DNA of 54,767 nucleotides, taken from contig CAYSBQ010000001.1 in NCBI GenBank assembly GCA_964429315.1, positions 1-54,767 of the forward strand, in the 5' to 3' direction. Origin of the DNA: an uncultured Desulfobacterales bacterium. Lineage in GTDB: Bacteria; Desulfobacterota; Desulfobacteria; Desulfobacterales; C00003060. Below the pieces are notes generated by a model that was given only the letters and a program-made list of their open reading frames with translations, made no database searches and was not told where the DNA came from. Shown one piece after another: positions 1 through 8,684 of this stretch. The position numbers and the translations under genes are program-made. How positions within the stretch are numbered: position 1 is the stretch's first letter; every line of letters starts with the position of its first letter.

Positions 1-1559
1 TTCTTCTTGGCAACCTTCTTCTTGGCAGGGTTCTTCTTGGGGTTTCCACGCAGGGCACGTCGTATCGCCGAGTGGTCGACTTCCGCCTCCCAGACGTCTT
101 CTTCCCTCGTAGACAACGGAGCGAATTCGTTTACAACATCAAACCCCTTCGACCCGGGCACGTATGCGTCCGCAGCGCTCTCAATCAACTCGGACTTGAG
201 CAGACTGTTCGCCGTCTCTTTTCCGAACTTCTTATGCGCCAGCCTCTTCGAATAAGGCGCGTGCCTGGCCACATTGAAAAGAAGACTCTTTTCCTTGGGC
301 CTCAGTGCCGGGTTCCGGCGGCGCTTGGCGACCTTCTTCTTGGTAGGGTTCTTCTTCGGAGCACCCTTGAGCTGCCGCTCATTCGATTTCTCAATCGCCT
401 TGAGAAGCTCGTCTGCATCCTTGCCGTGGAAGTGAAAGCCTACGCAGGGGTTCGCCTTGCGTCGAAGCTTGATGAGCGACTTGCGGACAGCGTTGACGTC
501 CGACGCCCACTGCCTCTGGTCGGCCTTGCTCCACTCGGACCTAGCGGCCGAAGGGATGCGTCCCTGGAACTCCTCGAGTTCGTGGAGGAACGACTCGACG
601 GTATCCTTATCCATCTTGTCGCCGGTGAGGCGAGTCTGAATCTTTCCCACCATGCTGGTGAGAGCGCGCTTCGATTCAGCGTACGTACGTAGAGCGCTTT
701 GCTGCTTCGTGCGATTATGAATGTCCTTCATGCGACGGATGATGCGCTGGATATCAGATTTGACGATCTCCTGCCCCCGCTTCGCTTTCACATCGAGCGC
801 AGAGAACTGGCGATCGACCCACGCCACATCTTCCGGGACGACGTTGTCCCGCGTCATCTTTTGCTCTTTATCATCGAATGTAATGAGCAGTCTTCTTCCG
901 TCGTTATCGAGAACCTTACCAACCCCGTGGTCCTTATGGTAGACCTCCGCGCCTCGAATGAAGAAGACCTGATGCTTGACGGCATGCTTCCGGATTTGGT
1001 TCCATCGTTTCTCCGCGCTTGCCAATAGGTTCGTCATCTCAGCCTTGGTTCGATCGGCTCGGCTCGAAGTCTTTTTCGGCTCTGGCGCGTAGATCGTTAT
1101 CTCTTTCTCGAGCGTGACGATTCCACCCATTGCACTGGCAATAGGCTTGCGCAGATCTATTCCCTTACGACGCGCAAGATTTTCGATCTTGAATACGTCT
1201 CGTTTGATTGCACGGATCTCATTGCGACGAAGCGCAGACATTGGCGAGGCCTCGAGCCGGTCGAGTCTGCTATTCATCCGCTTGACCATCGCATTCGTGT
1301 AACGGGCAATCAGGCCGTCGAGCAGCTTGACTCTTTTCTTGTCAGCCTGAAGCCTAGCGCGCGCTTCTGCGGGAAGCCTTCTGGGTGGATCTTCGTTGCT
1401 GAGACGCTGTTCGATTTGCTCGAGGGTCTGAATGTCATCGTTCAGAGTTTCGTGCTCCTCATACGCCAGGTCTACTGCCGCGGCCGATCCAGCAACAAGC
1501 TCGTCGACGTCTCCGGTGAGATCTTCAGCCTCGGGATTTGATTTTCTTCTTCTAGCCAT
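1..1559 (-). CDS. Hypothetical basic protein, C-terminus runs off the window edge (partial)
   Basis: Manual reverse-complement reading finds ATG at 1559-1557, directly after the stop (1561-1563) of the upstream gene. The frame then stays open to position 3. It is absent from the supplied track because no stop is reached. Lys/Arg-rich, ending ...RGNPKKNPAKKKVAKK, with an earlier APKKNPTKKKVAKRRRNP. The plus-strand ORFs listed here look like antisense shadows. Confidence 0.6.
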   Translation of the reverse strand, partial: MARRRKSNPEAEDLTGDVDELVAGSAAAVDLAYEEHETLNDDIQTLEQIEQRLSNEDPPRRLPAEARARLQADKKRVKLLDGLIARYTNAMVKRMNSRLDRLEASPMSALRRNEIRAIKRDVFKIENLARRKGIDLRKPIASAMGGIVTLEKEITIYAPEPKKTSSRADRTKAEMTNLLASAEKRWNQIRKHAVKHQVFFIRGAEVYHKDHGVGKVLDNDGRRLLITFDDKEQKMTRDNVVPEDVAWVDRQFSALDVKAKRGQEIVKSDIQRIIRRMKDIHNRTKQQSALRTYAESKRALTSMVGKIQTRLTGDKMDKDTVESFLHELEEFQGRIPSAARSEWSKADQRQWASDVNAVRKSLIKLRRKANPCVGFHFHGKDADELLKAIEKSNERQLKGAPKKNPTKKKVAKRRRNPALRPKEKSLLFNVARHAPYSKRLAHKKFGKETANSLLKSELIESAADAYVPGSKGFDVVNEFAPLSTREEDVWEAEVDHSAIRRALRGNPKKNPAKKKVAKK

Positions 1560-1560
1560 C

Positions 1561-2886
1561 TTAGCCTCGAGTCTTTTTCTTCAGTTCTTCGCGCACAACT
1601 TTGGCGCTCGCTTTTGCCTTATTCAGGCCGGTCTTATGACCAGAGTATTTGTACTCCCTCACCGCCATCTCGTAATACTTGTATGCGTCAAGCAAGCAGG
1701 CATCGGATAGCGTCGAGCTATACTTATCCATTGCGGCATCAGCCTTATTCAAAAGGTCGTCGCCAAGCTTGTGGTGAGTTTCTTTACCGGGATTCTCCTT
1801 AGTGCTAAAGGTGCCGCGCTTCGACAGGTGCTTGTAGCAAGTATTGAAAATCCCGATAATCGAATCTCGGACCCCGACTCGAATCTCACCTACCGCTTCT
1901 GCTTCCTTCTCTTTCCCTGCCAAGAAAAGATTCGCCCTGGCGTTCTCGAGGGAGTCGTACGCTCTCATGAGGGACCTGAAATCAGGACGGTCGGACTTGA
2001 GGGATTCCTCCCACTTGGCTTTGTACTTTTTGGATTGAGCCAGAGACTTTTTAGCCTGTGACTCAGCCGAAGCTTCTGAGTGCTTGAACGAGGAGAATAC
2101 CCCGGGATTCTTTCGTGGAATATACCCAAGGCTTCTATCTGGATTAGCCTTGCGCCCGGACACCTTCTCCTCGAGCAGTCTCTTCTTGCGCTCTTGAGCC
2201 TGCTTCTTCTTTCTCTGGATACGGGCGGCCTCTGATTCCTCTCGGGAGATATCCGCTCTATCGGAGGCGCTCCGGCGATAGACGCCGCGGCCTGCTGACT
2301 TCGAGCGACGGGTCTTTTCCCTTGGGGTAATGCCTCTTTCGTCGTACCAAATCATTGCCGCGTTCACGACGCGACGCGCGGCAATTTCGGCTTCGTCTTT
2401 ATTTCTGAAGGTTCGTTGGAGGGCCTGATTGTCGTAGATCTTCGGCGCCTTCTCATCTTCAATGACGCGCCTACCCTTGCGTGTGACTTTTACAATGCAG
2501 TCTCCGCTATCGAGTTCGCCGACTTCGAAGATGAATCCATCCACCTTGCCAGTTGTGCGTGAAATTATACCCTTGGGATCTTTCTTCACTTTTTTCCTCG
2601 TCGCTGCAGGTTTCTTCGATTCTGCTCGTTCGCGCTTATCGATGGCGCTGTGTATTCTCGCCGCTTTAGCTTCTGCGAGTTCGCGGGCTATTGCTCTCAT
2701 GTCACCGATCAACTCGGCGGCTAGGGCGTCTCGTGTTGGCCCTGGTGACAGGGATAGAATGGTCTGGGGCGGCCGGACTTCGAACAGTTGGCGGAGTTCG
2801 GCTTTACCCTCCTCGCCATGCTTCGAAATCTCATGGGCGAGAGCCTTGATTAGGTTCTTGACCTTGTCTGTATTTGGTCTGGACAT
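1561..2886 (-). CDS. Hypothetical Lys/Arg/Glu-rich protein (441 aa)
   Basis: Longest ORF locally, co-directional and abutting its neighbours. Charged low-complexity centre with recurring K-x-NP motifs (KENPGK, RKNPGV, RKANPD). No family recognised. Confidence 0.7.
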   Translation of the reverse strand: MSRPNTDKVKNLIKALAHEISKHGEEGKAELRQLFEVRPPQTILSLSPGPTRDALAAELIGDMRAIARELAEAKAARIHSAIDKRERAESKKPAATRKKVKKDPKGIISRTTGKVDGFIFEVGELDSGDCIVKVTRKGRRVIEDEKAPKIYDNQALQRTFRNKDEAEIAARRVVNAAMIWYDERGITPREKTRRSKSAGRGVYRRSASDRADISREESEAARIQRKKKQAQERKKRLLEEKVSGRKANPDRSLGYIPRKNPGVFSSFKHSEASAESQAKKSLAQSKKYKAKWEESLKSDRPDFRSLMRAYDSLENARANLFLAGKEKEAEAVGEIRVGVRDSIIGIFNTCYKHLSKRGTFSTKENPGKETHHKLGDDLLNKADAAMDKYSSTLSDACLLDAYKYYEMAVREYKYSGHKTGLNKAKASAKVVREELKKKTRG

Positions 2887-2912
2887 GGGCTCTCTATTCA
2901 GGTTACCTAGAT

Positions 2913-3122
2913 TCAGCCGGGAAGGTTATTGCGAATGTTTCGCAATCGGTCGCCGTCGGCTTCGGCCTTAGCGAGTAGTTCGTCAGGGATGAGTCCACCA
3001 TTGCGAACGTCCGCGGCCATTTGCTCGAGGCTCTTGGCCAGCGCTTCTCGCGTGACCTTTGCAACCTTGGCAATGCCAGTGATGATCGATGTGATGAGGG
3101 TGGTGATTTCTGCTGCGCCCAT
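2913..3122 (-). CDS. Small hypothetical protein (69 aa)
   Basis: Track ORF 2913..3173 trimmed to the internal ATG at 3122-3120 (MGAAEITTLITS...). The upstream gene ends at 3127, and a purine-rich GGGAAGATAAGAAA precedes this ATG. Confidence 0.5.
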   Translation of the reverse strand: MGAAEITTLITSIITGIAKVAKVTREALAKSLEQMAADVRNGGLIPDELLAKAEADGDRLRNIRNNLPG

Positions 3123-3126
3123 TTTC

Positions 3127-3576
3127 TTATCTTCCCGTAAGCTTCTTGAGTTTGGATACGAGCTTGTCCCCATCGGGTAGAAGCTCGAGCAAACTGATTG
3201 CTGATTCTAGCAGAGCGTTGGTCGCCGCCTTGCGCTCCTCTTCGCTGCCTTCGACGATCTGCATCACGGATGAATGAACCTTTGCGGCTTCGTAATACAC
3301 ATCGATGGCAAGCTCGATCTTCTCGTGGGTCGCATTCTCGTACTTCGGACCCATGCATTTATCGAGTTCGGACTTCGTGATGACGTCTGGACTTTCCGGA
3401 TTGCACGAATCTCCAGCGCAGCACTCATCAATCTTTTTATTGAATTGCTCGCTATAGATTCCGTAGGATTCAGTCGAGAATTGCTTCGTCACCGCGCCGG
3501 TGACATAGGAAGCTTTGTATCCGACCGCGCATCCTGCGGAAAGAACCAAAGAGAGCCCAAGGGCCGTTCGTCGCAT
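3127..3576 (-). CDS. Putative lipoprotein
   Basis: N-terminus MRRTALGLSLVLSAGC has a basic n-region, a hydrophobic core and a lipobox-type ...SAG-C. The mature part carries several Cys. Confidence 0.7.
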   Translation of the reverse strand: MRRTALGLSLVLSAGCAVGYKASYVTGAVTKQFSTESYGIYSEQFNKKIDECCAGDSCNPESPDVITKSELDKCMGPKYENATHEKIELAIDVYYEAAKVHSSVMQIVEGSEEERKAATNALLESAISLLELLPDGDKLVSKLKKLTGR

Positions 3577-3634
3577 GGCACAAGGCTACCATTTTTCTAA
3601 TCGCGCTTCTAGCGCTGCGTGGTAAGATCGGCGT

Positions 3635-4543
3635 ATGGATCCTCGTTTCCTCCTGGGGGCAGCCGCGCTCGGCATTGTCGCAGCAGCTGGTAGCTCCAAG
3701 TCCTCCAAGACTTCCAAGGGGGGAGGTTCGAGTTTTCAAAAGCGGAGCCCCCAATCTACTCTTTTGAATCCTTCCAACGCCATGAAGGCCATCGGGATAC
3801 CTCAGGATGATTGGCCTGAGATGGCATTCGAAATACCATTCGCTGCGGGGTCGGCAAGTCCGAAGTGGCCTATCATAACAAATAGCGACAAGAAGTTCGT
3901 CGTTTGCTATCGGACCGTTACTGGTAGATATGAGGGCAATGGATCTCGCCGATTCATGGTCGATCGTGACGGCGGAAGCAGATACCACGCGGGCGTAGAC
4001 TTATATGGCAATGCGGACGACCCCATTGTTGCCATGGAGTCTGGCACAATCTCAAATCACTATCACTTCTATCACGGGACCTACGCATTGTTCGTTCAAT
4101 GCGATTCAGGATTAGTGATTAACTACGGTGAAGTCAAAAAGGATTCTTGGAAAGAGTTCGGTCTTTCGAATGGATCTAAGGTCAAAAAAGGGCAGCCAAT
4201 TGCACGCGTCGGATTGATGAGTGGCGGAAGTCACATGTGTCACTTCGAAACGTACATGCCTCCGACGGAGCAGAACAAGAAGTACCACGGCGGAGACGCT
4301 GGACCTCTTCTGAATCCGACTTACTACCTCCTGCTCGCTCGAATCGTAGCCGGCGCTGGACGCGCTTACGCTGGGATTGACTGCATGGCTGCAGCGTCAA
4401 TGAATAGACCGATCCCCGAGTCTCTCATCCCCATTGCCGAAGAGGACGAGCGCGTAGGCGACCGTGGTGGCAATTCCATTCTCCCTGAGCTGCTCACCGA
4501 TGATGAGTGGCGACCCCAAAAAGACATGTCCGATGGACCCTGA
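3635..4543 (+). CDS. M23/LytM-family peptidoglycan metallopeptidase with N-terminal hydrophobic anchor
   Basis: Shows YHAGVDLYG (HxxxD) and GGSHMCHFE (HxH) with the expected beta-rich segment between them. The N-terminus MDPRFLLGAAALGIVAAAGSSKSSKTSK resembles the GG-helix plus basic module of the late genes. Confidence 0.8.
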   Translation: MDPRFLLGAAALGIVAAAGSSKSSKTSKGGGSSFQKRSPQSTLLNPSNAMKAIGIPQDDWPEMAFEIPFAAGSASPKWPIITNSDKKFVVCYRTVTGRYEGNGSRRFMVDRDGGSRYHAGVDLYGNADDPIVAMESGTISNHYHFYHGTYALFVQCDSGLVINYGEVKKDSWKEFGLSNGSKVKKGQPIARVGLMSGGSHMCHFETYMPPTEQNKKYHGGDAGPLLNPTYYLLLARIVAGAGRAYAGIDCMAAASMNRPIPESLIPIAEEDERVGDRGGNSILPELLTDDEWRPQKDMSDGP

Positions 4544-4558
4544 TAGAATCGAGCAACC

Positions 4559-5026
4559 ATGAAGAGCGCACTACCACTTCTCGTCGCCGGCGGCGCCGCA
4601 CTGCTACTGATGGGCGGTAAGAAGAAAAAATCCAGCGAGAAGCCCGTTGAAGATTCCGACGAAATGGATTCCGACGAAATGGATTCCGACGATGAGGAAA
4701 TCGATGAGGGAGACGGGCCGGACTCGAATGAGGATGAGGGATACGGAAAGGTCGCATCCGGAACTCGGACGGACCGACTCGGTGGGCATGGTTGGAGGAT
4801 CATGTACGATGCGGACGGCTACCACGCTCTACTCATGGTAAGCCCTGGGAATTTCTCTCCAGTGGATACGGAACTCGGAGTCGCCGCCTCACTCAAGGCT
4901 GCGAAAGGGCTCCTGAGAGATCACTACAATCAAGCAATTCTCGACGCGGGATTCACCCAATCCGACTTCCTCGAAGACCCTGTGGCCCCGAGAACCGTCA
5001 GCCGCGTTCGCGGCCTATCTCTTTAG
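4559..5026 (+). CDS. GG-helix/poly-Lys N-terminal module protein with an acidic repeat region
   Basis: N-terminus MKSALPLLVAGGAALLLMGGKKKKSS, followed by DSDEMDSDEMDSDDEE. Starts 16 nt after the M23 gene. Confidence 0.75.
   Translation: MKSALPLLVAGGAALLLMGGKKKKSSEKPVEDSDEMDSDEMDSDDEEIDEGDGPDSNEDEGYGKVASGTRTDRLGGHGWRIMYDADGYHALLMVSPGNFSPVDTELGVAASLKAAKGLLRDHYNQAILDAGFTQSDFLEDPVAPRTVSRVRGLSL
4652..4692 (+). repeat. In-frame 15-nt tandem repeat GATTCCGACGAAATG x2 plus a partial third copy
   Basis: Read directly: 4652-4666 and 4667-4681 are identical, and 4682-4692 repeats the first 11 nt. Encodes DSDEM DSDEM DSD. Confidence 0.9.
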
Positions 5027-5044
5027 CCATGATAAAATGGGTTC

Positions 5045-5236
5045 GTGGAACTCGTTCAGGTTGAGTATGAGACGATAATCCAGGAGTCGAGTGATGCAGC
5101 CGTTTTTCTCATAGGTGGAAACGAGGTGCTTATCTCCAAAGACTCCATGGACAGATACGATTACGAAGGGCGCATTTGGATGCGTGTAGAAGTCGCAGTT
5201 AAAATGGGGCTAAACTATCTCGTCGTATTCGGATAG
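5045..5236 (+). CDS. Possible small protein (63 aa, GTG start)
   Basis: ORF with protein-like composition (AVFLIGGNEVLISKDSMDRYDYEGRIWMRVEV). It has a GTG start and its 3' end overlaps the convergent gene by 27 nt, so the call is weak. Confidence 0.3.
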   Translation: MELVQVEYETIIQESSDAAVFLIGGNEVLISKDSMDRYDYEGRIWMRVEVAVKMGLNYLVVFG

Positions 5237-5416
5237 CTTGCCTTCAGGAATGAACTTCACGAGCATTCCGCAGTGCACGCAGCACTGCATCTGACGCTCC
5301 AGTCCGGTTTCCTTTTCTATGCATACAAGCTCCGACTCCACGAAGTTGTGCTCGCAGCGGTCGGCCTCTTCTGGGTCCCACAGTTGAACTTGAAAGGTTT
5401 GTTTTTCAACAGACAT
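5210..5416 (-). CDS. Small Cys-containing protein (68 aa)
   Basis: Track ORF 5210..5548 trimmed to the ATG at 5416-5414 (MSVEKQTF...) because the upstream gene ends at 5406. Contains C..C and CCVHC, suggesting a zinc-ribbon-like fold. Confidence 0.5.
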   Translation of the reverse strand: MSVEKQTFQVQLWDPEEADRCEHNFVESELVCIEKETGLERQMQCCVHCGMLVKFIPEGKLSEYDEIV

Positions 5417-5693
5417 TGTTTTCCTCGTACTTATTGATGGCCTCGAGGAAATGTTCCTCTCCCCAGTCACTTGAGTGCCACCACTCCAGCGCCTTCCACA
5501 CATCGCGTATACCGAACGACGCGTCCCATATACTTCCAGCGAGTTCATGGATTTTCTCGTGCGCTTTTATTATTTCATCTGTCCGAGCGCGAGCTGCCGA
5601 TCCCTCAGGAAGTGCGTCGCGCATCCTGAGGAGATCTTCCGGAACCTCTGCCAGTTCCCTGTTGCACAAATATCCAAAACTTCCACCGCTCAT
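5406..5693 (-). CDS. Hypothetical protein (95 aa)
   Basis: Starts 2 nt after the stop of the macro-domain gene. Trp-rich (ALEWWHSSDWGEEHF). No family recognised. Confidence 0.6.
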   Translation of the reverse strand: MSGGSFGYLCNRELAEVPEDLLRMRDALPEGSAARARTDEIIKAHEKIHELAGSIWDASFGIRDVWKALEWWHSSDWGEEHFLEAINKYEENNVC

Positions 5694-5694
5694 C

Positions 5695-6186
5695 TCAATC
5701 TCCTAGGTCGTACACGTAGCACTCTATATCCCAAAGGTTTTCCTCGATCAACTCGCCGACGACGTCCCAAGTTCCACCCGCGAGACCGCATCCTATGCGA
5801 GGCATATGAACCGTCACCTTGTCTTTGGGGTTCAGGAACTGAAGCGAGCGGACTGCGGCTGCCAATTTACCAAGGCAGCCCTCGAGGCTGTCGTATCGTA
5901 TAGGCCTATAGTTGACCAAGTCCCGGCTGATGCCATGCTGCGCAATCATGTTCATGATGGCCAAGTTTAGATCTACGAATACGCAGTAGACCTCCCCCAG
6001 TCCGAAGCTCTTCGAAAATTTCGCCTTCGCCATGTAGCTCTTCCTGGCTTCGGGCCATTCCCTAGAAACGACACCGGAGAACCCGGCGCCCCACTTGCCT
6101 GCGTCATTACAAACGTGAGCAATGAGGCGAATGCCTTCTTGGACGCATGGCTTGGTTGCATCACCTACGCGATAGTGGATTGGCAT
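5695..6186 (-). CDS. Macro domain protein (ADP-ribose binding/hydrolase fold)
   Basis: GDATKP...IAHVCNDAGKWGAGFSGVV...WPE near the N-terminus and HMPRIGCGLAGGTW near the C-terminus match the two glycine-rich ligand loops of macro domains. Size (163 aa) is typical. Confidence 0.7.
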   Translation of the reverse strand: MPIHYRVGDATKPCVQEGIRLIAHVCNDAGKWGAGFSGVVSREWPEARKSYMAKAKFSKSFGLGEVYCVFVDLNLAIMNMIAQHGISRDLVNYRPIRYDSLEGCLGKLAAAVRSLQFLNPKDKVTVHMPRIGCGLAGGTWDVVGELIEENLWDIECYVYDLGD

Positions 6187-6212
6187 TCTGCCTCACAAGA
6201 AGACTCAAACAT

Positions 6213-6773
6213 CTAGAAAAGCTCTACCTGGAAAATCTTCTTTCGCAACTTAGCAACGTCTGATGGCCTGGCAAGATTGTACACAGGTATCCCTCTGCTG
6301 CGTGCGAGTTTGATGGCGTGACCTGTTCCACCGATCACCTTCCCTTCGGGCGTCCAGCAGACTACGAACTCAACGGGCGTTCTTAAGTCTTCTCCGAGAA
6401 CCTGATGCATATTTCGGGCAAGTATCATTCGCACGGCGACGTTCCGGTCTTCGAACCCGTCGATAACCCGTTGGGCTAGGGCGACCGCTGCGTCGGTTGC
6501 GCCTTGGAAGTATGTCGCTCCTGGCGACGCGTCCTTGGATATCGGGCGCTTGTTGAATCCGTCCCAAGGTAAGAATATTTCCTTTTTCGTCGCGCCCTCT
6601 TCGAAGTAGGTGTCCGCACCATCGGCTCCGCCTGACCTGAGTGTGTACCCCTGCCTGTTTAGCTCGAGGGCGATCTCCCGGATTCTATTTCGCTCTTCGG
6701 GTGGAGTTTTTCTCGACCCGATACCTGCGTAGTATTTAGGCTGGGACGAATTCATCGTATACGGTACCGTCAC
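6213..6773 (-). CDS. SLOG/DprA-like Rossmann-fold protein
   Basis: YYAGIGSRKTP...LRSGGADGADTYFEEGA...EIFLPWDGFN matches the GSR ... SGGA-G-D signature of the Smf/DprA-LOG (SLOG) superfamily as seen in phage-encoded members. Confidence 0.6.
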   Translation of the reverse strand: MTVPYTMNSSQPKYYAGIGSRKTPPEERNRIREIALELNRQGYTLRSGGADGADTYFEEGATKKEIFLPWDGFNKRPISKDASPGATYFQGATDAAVALAQRVIDGFEDRNVAVRMILARNMHQVLGEDLRTPVEFVVCWTPEGKVIGGTGHAIKLARSRGIPVYNLARPSDVAKLRKKIFQVELF

Positions 6774-7251
6774 TGTTTGTGGTGGCCACGGTGATGCCGA
6801 GGACTTTACCTTTACCCATGTCTACCATCACGACGCCCTGGTGCTTTGTAATCGGCAAATCTTCCTTCTTATCGTCGTACACCGTCATAGGCAGAACGCT
6901 TGAGCATCTGGATAATTCAGAGAAGGTCCACCCTCTGTAGTGGCCGTTGGTTTTAGCCTTGTTCAATGCGGAGATGAAGCTGGCGCCGGACAAGTTGGAT
7001 AAATCGTCTTCGTACTCGTCTTCGGGGTCGAGGATAAAATCCGCTCGCTCCATGAGCTTTACAGCGCGGGCATGTGGGCATTCATCTTCGCCAAGGTAGT
7101 TGTGCGCCTGACAGGCGCCGTTGTGGTCAAGAGCGCATTCGTCCGAATACGCCATGTCGCAGAGAGCTGATCGCAGATCTCTCGCAAGGGCAAATAGTGC
7201 TTCGTTTGTTATATCGGCCATATCGATTTTCTGCTTCGTGTTATTCATCAT
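6736..7251 (-). CDS. Hypothetical Cys/acidic protein (171 aa)
   Basis: Track ORF 6736..7383 trimmed to the ATG at 7251-7249 (MMNNTKQK...) because the upstream gene ends at 7241, giving an 11-nt overlap. Confidence 0.6.
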   Translation of the reverse strand: MMNNTKQKIDMADITNEALFALARDLRSALCDMAYSDECALDHNGACQAHNYLGEDECPHARAVKLMERADFILDPEDEYEDDLSNLSGASFISALNKAKTNGHYRGWTFSELSRCSSVLPMTVYDDKKEDLPITKHQGVVMVDMGKGKVLGITVATTNSDGTVYDEFVPA

Positions 7252-7660
7252 TCCAACAGTGGCATTTATATAGAGGGTCAACGCGCATGCAGCCGTGACA
7301 GAACTCCGAGAATACTTCCATGCGCTCCTCATCTGAAAGCGAGTGAAGGTACCGCTTGCCACCTTGAACGGTCCTAGGCTCATCGCAGAACGCCTCGGTC
7401 CGAAAGAGGAACCCTGGCGTGTGCTCTCCGACGTACGCGCCTAGGGTATTGAACTCAAGGTATTCTGTGACCATCTCATAGTCGCTGCCGTCTCTCTCTA
7501 TGAGATGGTCAACACACTTGTCGTAGTCGTACAGGGCTACGATTTTATTGAATATTCGTACGGCACCGATCAACCCGGGGTCGAGCCCATCGCAGAAGAG
7601 CATGTCCGGATTCAAATCGGAAAGCTCTTCCCGCCTCTCCATAAATTTATCCTTGCTCAT
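7241..7660 (-). CDS. Hypothetical protein (139 aa)
   Basis: Trimmed to the ATG at 7660-7658 (MSKDKFMERREEL...), which is preceded by AGGAGA with short spacing. Confidence 0.6.
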   Translation of the reverse strand: MSKDKFMERREELSDLNPDMLFCDGLDPGLIGAVRIFNKIVALYDYDKCVDHLIERDGSDYEMVTEYLEFNTLGAYVGEHTPGFLFRTEAFCDEPRTVQGGKRYLHSLSDEERMEVFSEFCHGCMRVDPLYKCHCWNDE

Positions 7661-7729
7661 CGTTCTCCTAGATATCGTCGATGTAGAGGAGGACGATGGC
7701 AAATGATTGTAATACGATACTCAGTATCA

Positions 7730-7912
7730 TTAGTTCTTTTCCTGATCTTCAAATTGAGATTTGTGATGGATGGCGTGCGGAAGGCAGAGGTGCCACATCA
7801 CCATGTCCCCATCATCAGTGTCGTGCATGACGATGGCTCTCACGGCATCCGAGTCACAGCCATCCTCTATACACGATCTAGATATTTCGAAGTCTCCGAT
7901 GTAGATGCTCAT
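7730..7912 (-). CDS. Small hypothetical protein (60 aa)
   Basis: Co-directional ORF filling the gap between neighbours. His/Asp/Cys-rich. No family recognised. Confidence 0.4.
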   Translation of the reverse strand: MSIYIGDFEISRSCIEDGCDSDAVRAIVMHDTDDGDMVMWHLCLPHAIHHKSQFEDQEKN

Positions 7913-7980
7913 GATTTAACAGCCTCACATTCGTCTAGTGTCCCATCGCTGGGCTGGCGTTTCTGAACCATAGGATTCGC

Positions 7981-8487
7981 TCATTCATCCTCCGGCGATG
8001 CGAGTGCTTTATGAAGCGGCGTCGTGGCCAGCTGGTGCAGGCGAGGTTCGAGCTTGTCGTAGACCGTCATGCCTTCTGAATCCTCGAGCCACGGAAGCAA
8101 TAGGGCTTCGGCCGGCATGATGCCTTCGTCGATCGCTTCAAACATGTTCTTGAGGAGATTGAGCAATATACGATGCTCCCTCTTTCCGCGATCCATCTTG
8201 ATTCGCTCGTATTTCTTTTCAGAGAACTGATTGTTACGCTTGTCGATAGCAAGCTCACGAAGGTCTTCGTCGCTGTCTAGTTCTACGCGGAATCTAGCGA
8301 CGAGCGTAGTGTAGTCGTCTCGCTTCCAGCGAAACCTGAGGGTTGCGAAACCTTTTTCGTAATCGTCCTCCCACTGAATGCCGGAGACGCCCCACTTCCG
8401 AATGATTTCGTCGATATTCTCACGAGACTTACTGACGGCTACGGTCGTATTGTCATACGCCTTATTACGCCTTCCTTTTTTTGCCAT
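7981..8487 (-). CDS. Hypothetical protein (168 aa)
   Basis: Clean ORF whose start overlaps the upstream stop by 1 nt. Basic N-terminus MAKKGRRNKAY. No family recognised. Confidence 0.65.
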   Translation of the reverse strand: MAKKGRRNKAYDNTTVAVSKSRENIDEIIRKWGVSGIQWEDDYEKGFATLRFRWKRDDYTTLVARFRVELDSDEDLRELAIDKRNNQFSEKKYERIKMDRGKREHRILLNLLKNMFEAIDEGIMPAEALLLPWLEDSEGMTVYDKLEPRLHQLATTPLHKALASPEDE

Positions 8488-8684
8488 CAGTTTTTACTTT
8501 CTATGAGCATGCGATATTCTCCGAGGAGGCCAGATATTTCGAGGTCGAGCGCCGCGTTCTCTTTGTCGAGCCTGCGCTCTTGTTCCCTCAGTGAAATGCT
8601 GGGCTCCCTGTCGTATTCTCGTTGGCATTTATATTGCGCCGACATCAGAAGCCCGATGGCTGTGAAACACCAAAAAGCAATCAT
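8487..8684 (-). CDS. Small membrane protein (65 aa)
   Basis: Trimmed to the ATG at 8684-8682, which forms an ATGA overlap with the RHH gene stop. MIAFWCFTAIGLLMSAQY is a hydrophobic helix followed by a charged coiled segment. Confidence 0.5.
   Translation of the reverse strand: MIAFWCFTAIGLLMSAQYKCQREYDREPSISLREQERRLDKENAALDLEISGLLGEYRMLIESKN

Noticed and set aside
7-1710. Plus-strand ORFs in the track (7..255, 72..692, 457..639, 699..1028, 721..942, 1114..1302, 1432..1710)
   Set aside because: They lie antisense to an uninterrupted minus-strand frame (1..1559) that starts right after the neighbouring gene's stop. Their products are Arg/Leu/Ser-rich, as expected for shadows of a Lys/Glu-rich gene.
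2903-3988. Minus-strand ORFs 2903..3358 and 3470..3988
   Set aside because: They are out of frame with, or overlap, the lipoprotein gene and the small 2913..3122 gene. The second also runs antisense into the M23 peptidase gene.
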